Source: an uncultured Chloroflexia bacterium
GTDB lineage: Bacteria; Chloroflexota; Limnocylindria; Limnocylindrales; CSP1-4
DNA: 64,000 nt
Assembly: GCA_963707215.1 (NCBI GenBank)
Contig: CAVPPB010000003.1
Coordinates: 1,600,001-1,664,000 of the forward strand
Direction of reading: 5' to 3'
The notes below the pieces were generated by a model, which saw only the letters and a program-made list of their open reading frames with translations, was not told the origin of the DNA and made no database searches. A program made the translations under genes and the position numbers. Of the stretch, positions 59,257 to 64,000 are shown piece by piece. The stretch's first letter is position 1; each line of letters starts with the position of its first letter.

Positions 59257-59323
59257 CCGTACCCTCCTGCCAGGTCGACTCCGGAACGCATCCGAGCGTA
59301 GCCGAGGGCGCTAGAGTCGGGTG

Positions 59324-60226
59324 ATGGACGCGCAGGCAGATCGGCCCGGGCCGGTCGAGCGGTGGTTCCGCGGGGACGGGATCCGGATCCATGCTCTCGA
59401 CTGGGGAGGGCCGGCCCATGCGCCTGCCGCCCTCATGCTCCACGGGGTCGGCGGCAACGCCTGGATCTGGGACGGGGTCGCGCGCCGGCTGGCACGGCTC
59501 CTTCCGGGCCACCGGATCGTCGCCATCGACCAGCGCGACGGTGGCGACACGGAGCATCCGCCGACCGGCTACTCGAGGGAACGGTTCGTCGCCGATGTGG
59601 CAGCGGTCCATGACCAGCTGGGCGGCGGTCCGATGGCGCTGATCGGCCACTCGAGGGGCGGCTGGCTTGCGTCCGCCTTCGCTGCGACGTATCCGGATCG
59701 CCTCTCCCGGCTGGTCCTCGTCGATCCCGCCCGGCTCGTCTTCGAGCGCGAAGCCGACGCAGACGCCTTCTTCTCCTGGGTCAGCGGCTCGCTGGGCCCG
59801 TTCGAGTCCGAGGAGGCCGCTCTGACCTGGGCGACCGCGCAGGACCCGCACGCGGACTGGACGCCGATCCGGACGCGCTCGTTCCTCGCCGGTCTGCGCC
59901 GCGACGAGGCCGGACGCCTGGTCGGCAAGTTGCCGAGCGAGGCCGTTCCTCAGCTTCGTCAGGCGCGGGTGGACGGTGAGGTGGTGACCGAAGGCCTGTC
60001 GGCCATCGAGACCCCGACCCTGCTGCTGGTCGCCGAGCGGCAGTCGGCGGCCCGGCTCCGCGACAAGCTCGCCTACGCCGAGCGGATCCCGGAGGTCACC
60101 GTTCGGAGACTCGACGGGAGCCACTTCCTCCACGCCGAGACCCCGGCTGATGTGGCCGCGGAGATCGCGTCCTTCATCGCGGCTGATCGACCGGGGCGCG
60201 AGGGCCGCTGCGAGGGCCCGCGCTAG
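59324..60226 (+). CDS. Alpha/beta hydrolase
   Basis: LHG, IDQR, GHSRGG, GSHFLH. Confidence 0.88.
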   Translation: MDAQADRPGPVERWFRGDGIRIHALDWGGPAHAPAALMLHGVGGNAWIWDGVARRLARLLPGHRIVAIDQRDGGDTEHPPTGYSRERFVADVAAVHDQLGGGPMALIGHSRGGWLASAFAATYPDRLSRLVLVDPARLVFEREADADAFFSWVSGSLGPFESEEAALTWATAQDPHADWTPIRTRSFLAGLRRDEAGRLVGKLPSEAVPQLRQARVDGEVVTEGLSAIETPTLLLVAERQSAARLRDKLAYAERIPEVTVRRLDGSHFLHAETPADVAAEIASFIAADRPGREGRCEGPR

Positions 60227-60278
60227 CGCGGGCAGCTCGCGGTCGACGGGCGCCGCACGGCCGGCGCATCATTCCCGC

Positions 60279-60950
60279 ATGCGACGTCCTGCCGCACCCT
60301 CCGACCGCGTCCGAGTCCGACGCCTGCCCGAGCTGGGAGCCTACGACCGGGCCACGATCGAGGCGATCCTCGACGAGGCCCTCGTCTGCCACCTCGCCTT
60401 CGTCCAGGACGGCCAGCCGTACGCGATCCCCACGCTCCACGCGCGGGTGGGCGACCGCCTCTACGTCCACGGCTCCTCGGCCAGCCGGGCGCTCCGCGTC
60501 CTCGGCGGCGGAGCACCGGTCGGCGTCACGGTGACGCTCTTCGACGGCCTGGTCCTGGCCCGCTCCGTCTTCGAGCACTCGGTGGGCTACCGATCGGTCG
60601 TGGTCCTCGGCACGGCGACGCTCGTCGCGGATCCTGAGGAGAAGCTGGCCGCGCTCGAGGCCTTCACCGAGAAGCTCCTCCCCGGCCGCTGGGCCGAGGC
60701 CCGCCAGCCGTCGCGGAAAGAGCTCAAGGCGACCGCGGTCCTCTGGCTGCCGCTCGACGAGGCATCGGCCAAGGTCTCGGCCGGGCCACCGGACGACGGC
60801 GAGGGCCCCGACGCCGCGCTCGACGTCTGGGCCGGCAACCTGCCGGCCCGCGAGGCCTGGGGCGAGCCGATACCGGACCCGCTCCTCCGCGAGGGGATCC
60901 CGGTGCCAGAGAGCGTGCGGCGGTTCCTGGCATCGCGCCGGGACGACTGA
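60279..60950 (+). CDS. Pyridoxamine 5'-phosphate oxidase-like flavin-nucleotide-binding protein
   Basis: AILDEALVCHL, YVHGS, DGLVLARSVFEHS.YRS, ASAKV. Confidence 0.85.
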   Translation: MRRPAAPSDRVRVRRLPELGAYDRATIEAILDEALVCHLAFVQDGQPYAIPTLHARVGDRLYVHGSSASRALRVLGGGAPVGVTVTLFDGLVLARSVFEHSVGYRSVVVLGTATLVADPEEKLAALEAFTEKLLPGRWAEARQPSRKELKATAVLWLPLDEASAKVSAGPPDDGEGPDAALDVWAGNLPAREAWGEPIPDPLLREGIPVPESVRRFLASRRDD

Positions 60951-60974
60951 CCGACCCGGGGGCTCGGCCGAGGG

Positions 60975-62180
60975 TCAGGCGACGCGGGCGCCCGCCTTCC
61001 AGACCTGCTCGACGCGGCCGGCCAGCCCACCGAACTCGAAGAGATCGCCCGCCACGACGACGAGGTCGGCCAGCTTGCCCGGCTCGAGCGTCCCGAGGTC
61101 GGCCTCCAGGCCCATCAGCTCGGCCGCACTCCGGGTCGTCGCGACGAGCGCCTGTCCCGGCGTCATCCCTCCGTGCTCGACCATGAGCTCGAGCTCGCGC
61201 AGGTTCCGGCCGTGCGGGGTGACGCCGGAGTCGGTGCCCATGGCGATGCGGACGCCGGCCTCCACGGCGCGCCGGAAGCTCGCCCGGTGGATCTCGATGA
61301 CGGAACGCGCCTTCTCGACGATGGCGGACGGGAGCGCGACCCCCTGGTCGACGGCATCGAGCACACCCTGCGGGGCGACGAGTGTCGGCACGAGCCAGGC
61401 TCCCCGGGCGAGCATGAGGTCGATGCCCTCGTCGTCGAGGTAGATCCCGTGGTCGATCGAGCGGATCCCGGCTCGGACGGCGTTCTTGATGCCCTCGGCG
61501 CCCTGGGCGTGGGCCATCACCCAGCGGCCGGCGGCATCGGCCTCTTCCACGAGGACTCCGAGCTCGACGGGCCGGAGGTGGGCGTGCCGGGGGTCGTCTC
61601 GCGGCGAGAGGACCCCGCCGGATGTCGCCACCTTGATGACGTCGGCGCCCATGCGAACGAGCTCGCGCACCGTCCGCCGCATCTCGTCGGGACCGTCGAC
61701 GATCGTCTCCGGGATGCCAGGATGCGGGCCCAGGATGCCCATCCGGGCGCCGGACGGCATCCAGTCGTCGCCATGCCCGCCGGTCTGGCTGATCATGCCG
61801 AGGGAGATCTGCATCCGCGGTCCGACCACGAGACCGCGCTCGACCGCCTCCTTGACCCCGAGGTCGGCGCCGCCGGCATCGCGCACCGTGGTGATCCCGG
61901 TCCGGATCGTCGCCCGGAGGTTCCGGGCGGCCTCGAAGAACTGGAGCGAGAAGGGCGTCTGGGCCAGCCGCCAGAGGTCGACGTGGCTGACCGTGACGTG
62001 GACGTGGCAGTCGAACAACCCGGGGAGGAGCGTCCGGCCGGCGAGGTCGAGCCGCTCGTCGCCGTCGAGCCCGGAGCCGACGTCCACGATGCGGCCGTCG
62101 GCGATGGCCAGGTCGGCGATGGCGGGCTCGGCCCCCGATCCGTCGAAGACCCGGGCTCCGGCAAAGACGGTGCGGCGCAT
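60975..62180 (-). CDS. Metal-dependent amidohydrolase (prolidase-like)
   Basis: PGLFDCHVH, GITTVRDAGG, MAHA, SIDHG, GTDSG, GKLADLV. Confidence 0.9.
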   Translation of the reverse strand: MRRTVFAGARVFDGSGAEPAIADLAIADGRIVDVGSGLDGDERLDLAGRTLLPGLFDCHVHVTVSHVDLWRLAQTPFSLQFFEAARNLRATIRTGITTVRDAGGADLGVKEAVERGLVVGPRMQISLGMISQTGGHGDDWMPSGARMGILGPHPGIPETIVDGPDEMRRTVRELVRMGADVIKVATSGGVLSPRDDPRHAHLRPVELGVLVEEADAAGRWVMAHAQGAEGIKNAVRAGIRSIDHGIYLDDEGIDLMLARGAWLVPTLVAPQGVLDAVDQGVALPSAIVEKARSVIEIHRASFRRAVEAGVRIAMGTDSGVTPHGRNLRELELMVEHGGMTPGQALVATTRSAAELMGLEADLGTLEPGKLADLVVVAGDLFEFGGLAGRVEQVWKAGARVA

Positions 62181-62231
62181 GGGCCGAGGATACCCGGCGG
62201 ACCGGGCTCCAGCCCGGCGGCCGGACTGGGT

Positions 62232-63743
62232 TCAGCCGGTAGCACGCCGACGTGTCGGCCGGCGGCCGCGAGGGATGGCCGGGTCCCGGCGCTCGTCCTT
62301 CTCGGCTTGGGGACCGGGAGCGGCGCCTGCCACCGCATCGTAGGGCTCGACCGGATAGGGCATCCCGGCGTCGAAGAGGTGGATGAACTGCTCGACCAGG
62401 TCGGGGTCGAACTGTCGGCCGGCCTGGCGGCGCAGCTCTGCGAGGGCCGCCTCGTGGGAGATGGGCTGCCGATATGGGCGTCCGGCGACCATGGCCTCGT
62501 AGGCGTCGACGATGGCGACGATACGGGCACCGATCGGGATCTCCTCGCCCCGGAGTCCGTGGGGATAGCCGCGTCCGTCGAACCATTCGTGGTGGTGGAG
62601 GACGATCGTCGCGGCGTCGCGGAGGGCGCCAGCGTGCTCGAGCATGACCTGGCCGATCTTCGGGTGCTCGGCCACCACCCGCCACTCGCCCTGTTCGAGC
62701 TCGGTCGGCTTCGACAGGATCTCGTCCGGGATCGCCAGCTTGCCCAGGTCGTGGAGAAGGCTGGCGACCCGGATCCGCTCGATCTCGCGGCCCGGCAGGC
62801 CGAGCGAGCGGGCCATCGCCATCGCCGAGCCGGCGATGAGCGGAGACGATCGCCCTGCCCAACCCGATCGCTCGCGCAGCGCATCGGCCAGCGAGGTGGT
62901 CGCTGCGTCGAGGGCGAGGCGGCCCACCTCCATCGCCGCAGCGCGAGCGTCCGGGTCGATCGGTGCGCGACGAACGCGTCCGTCGTCGTGGACCTCGTTG
63001 AAGACGAAGACCTGGTCCCGCCCCAGGGCCTTGGCGGAGTACAGCGCCGTGTCCGCGTCGCGGATCAGGCGGTCGAGGTCGAGCTGGCCGCCCATCCCGC
63101 CCGCTACGCCCGCCGACAGGGTCACGACGACGCTGGTCCCGTCGTCGAGGACCACCGGGGAGCTGGCCAGGAGCCGCCGGAGCTTCTCGGCCACGGTCGC
63201 GGCCGCTTCGGCGTCGGTCTCGGGCAGGACGATCATGAACTCCTCGCCGCCATAGCGGCCGAGGGCATCCTGCGCCCGCATATCTCCCCGTAGCATGCCG
63301 GCCACGGCGCGGAGGACCTGGTCGCCGGCGAGATGTCCGAACGTGTCGTTGAGCCGCTTGAAGTGGTCGAGATCGACCAGGGCGACGGACAGCGGGCGAT
63401 GGTAGCGCGCCGCCCGCCGCAGCTCCTCCTCGAGTCGGGCGAGGAGGGCCTGGCGGTTCGAGACGCCGGTGAGCTCGTCGGTGGTGGCGAGGGTCCAGGT
63501 GGCCGTCAGGCGGTCCGTCAGCCGGGCGAGCGCCCGTCGGACCCGGGCCCCGCCGATCCGCGACCCGGCGAGCTGCTCGAGGGCGACGCCGTCGGCCACG
63601 GCGAGGCGCTCCAGCAGAGCGGCCAGCCGACGGTCCCGCCAGCGGACCAGGATCGCGTACCCGACGGCGCCGGCGAAGGCGATCGAAGCCACGAAGGCCA
63701 CGAACGCGACCGAGAACCACGTCGACTGGCTGACGTCGATCAC
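62232..63743 (-). CDS. Membrane-anchored GGDEF + HD-GYP c-di-GMP enzyme
   Basis: N-terminal TM, DLDHFK, RYGGEEF, LHDLGK, HHEWFDGRGYP. Confidence 0.93.
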   Translation of the reverse strand: MIDVSQSTWFSVAFVAFVASIAFAGAVGYAILVRWRDRRLAALLERLAVADGVALEQLAGSRIGGARVRRALARLTDRLTATWTLATTDELTGVSNRQALLARLEEELRRAARYHRPLSVALVDLDHFKRLNDTFGHLAGDQVLRAVAGMLRGDMRAQDALGRYGGEEFMIVLPETDAEAAATVAEKLRRLLASSPVVLDDGTSVVVTLSAGVAGGMGGQLDLDRLIRDADTALYSAKALGRDQVFVFNEVHDDGRVRRAPIDPDARAAAMEVGRLALDAATTSLADALRERSGWAGRSSPLIAGSAMAMARSLGLPGREIERIRVASLLHDLGKLAIPDEILSKPTELEQGEWRVVAEHPKIGQVMLEHAGALRDAATIVLHHHEWFDGRGYPHGLRGEEIPIGARIVAIVDAYEAMVAGRPYRQPISHEAALAELRRQAGRQFDPDLVEQFIHLFDAGMPYPVEPYDAVAGAAPGPQAEKDERRDPAIPRGRRPTRRRATG

Positions 63744-64000
63744 CGCGGGCGTCGATCCTCCGGCACGGGCGGCCGGGAGGCCGCGAGCTCGAAACGAGCG
63801 TGCCAGTCGTCACCTTCCGGCGACATGGCCCGGCGGTACCGTCGGCGGACCGGACCGCTGTCCGGTCGATGTGGTCAACCGAGCGGCTCGACCCGGGCTC
63901 GGAGCAACTCATCCGAGGCGTCGGTGAGCCGATATGCCGCGACGCCGGGCTCCAGCTCCCAGGCTCGACCGGCGATCGTCGCCCCAGGGCCGGCGGGCGC

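Noticed and set aside
1-64000. CRISPR arrays, IS elements, rRNA, prophage structural genes, defence systems
   Set aside because: No repeat-spacer periodicity, transposase, rRNA or phage/defence motifs recognised by eye.

Overview
High-GC bacterial chromosome segment. Gene content and style suggest Chloroflexota, possibly Limnocylindria-like; this is inference only. It holds about 60 CDSs, tRNA-Asp(GTC) and tRNA-Arg(CCG). 7-23 kb is an envelope redox/metal neighbourhood: Mo-oxidoreductase, MMPL+AttH-like, Rrf2-SCO-PCuAC, VKOR-DsbA, a Zn-type ABC operon with a Fur-family regulator, and an ApbE flavinylation module. 47.2-56.6 kb is a decayed composite island at tRNA-Arg. Best candidates for new biology: (1) The attachment site lies inside a serine-recombinase-like gene. 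Excision would replace its tRNA-derived C-terminus with a ...WLAAARRLA* tail whose stop overlaps the start of a small HTH gene. (2) An unannotated ~180-nt structured RNA (40686-40867) with its own sigma70-type promoter, a UAGGG-rich tract and a terminal UUCG hairpin. (3) A coiled-coil protein ending in an ApbE-type SGAS flavinylation motif. Several frameshifts probably reflect assembly indels. All calls come from reading motifs by eye; no database searches were run.
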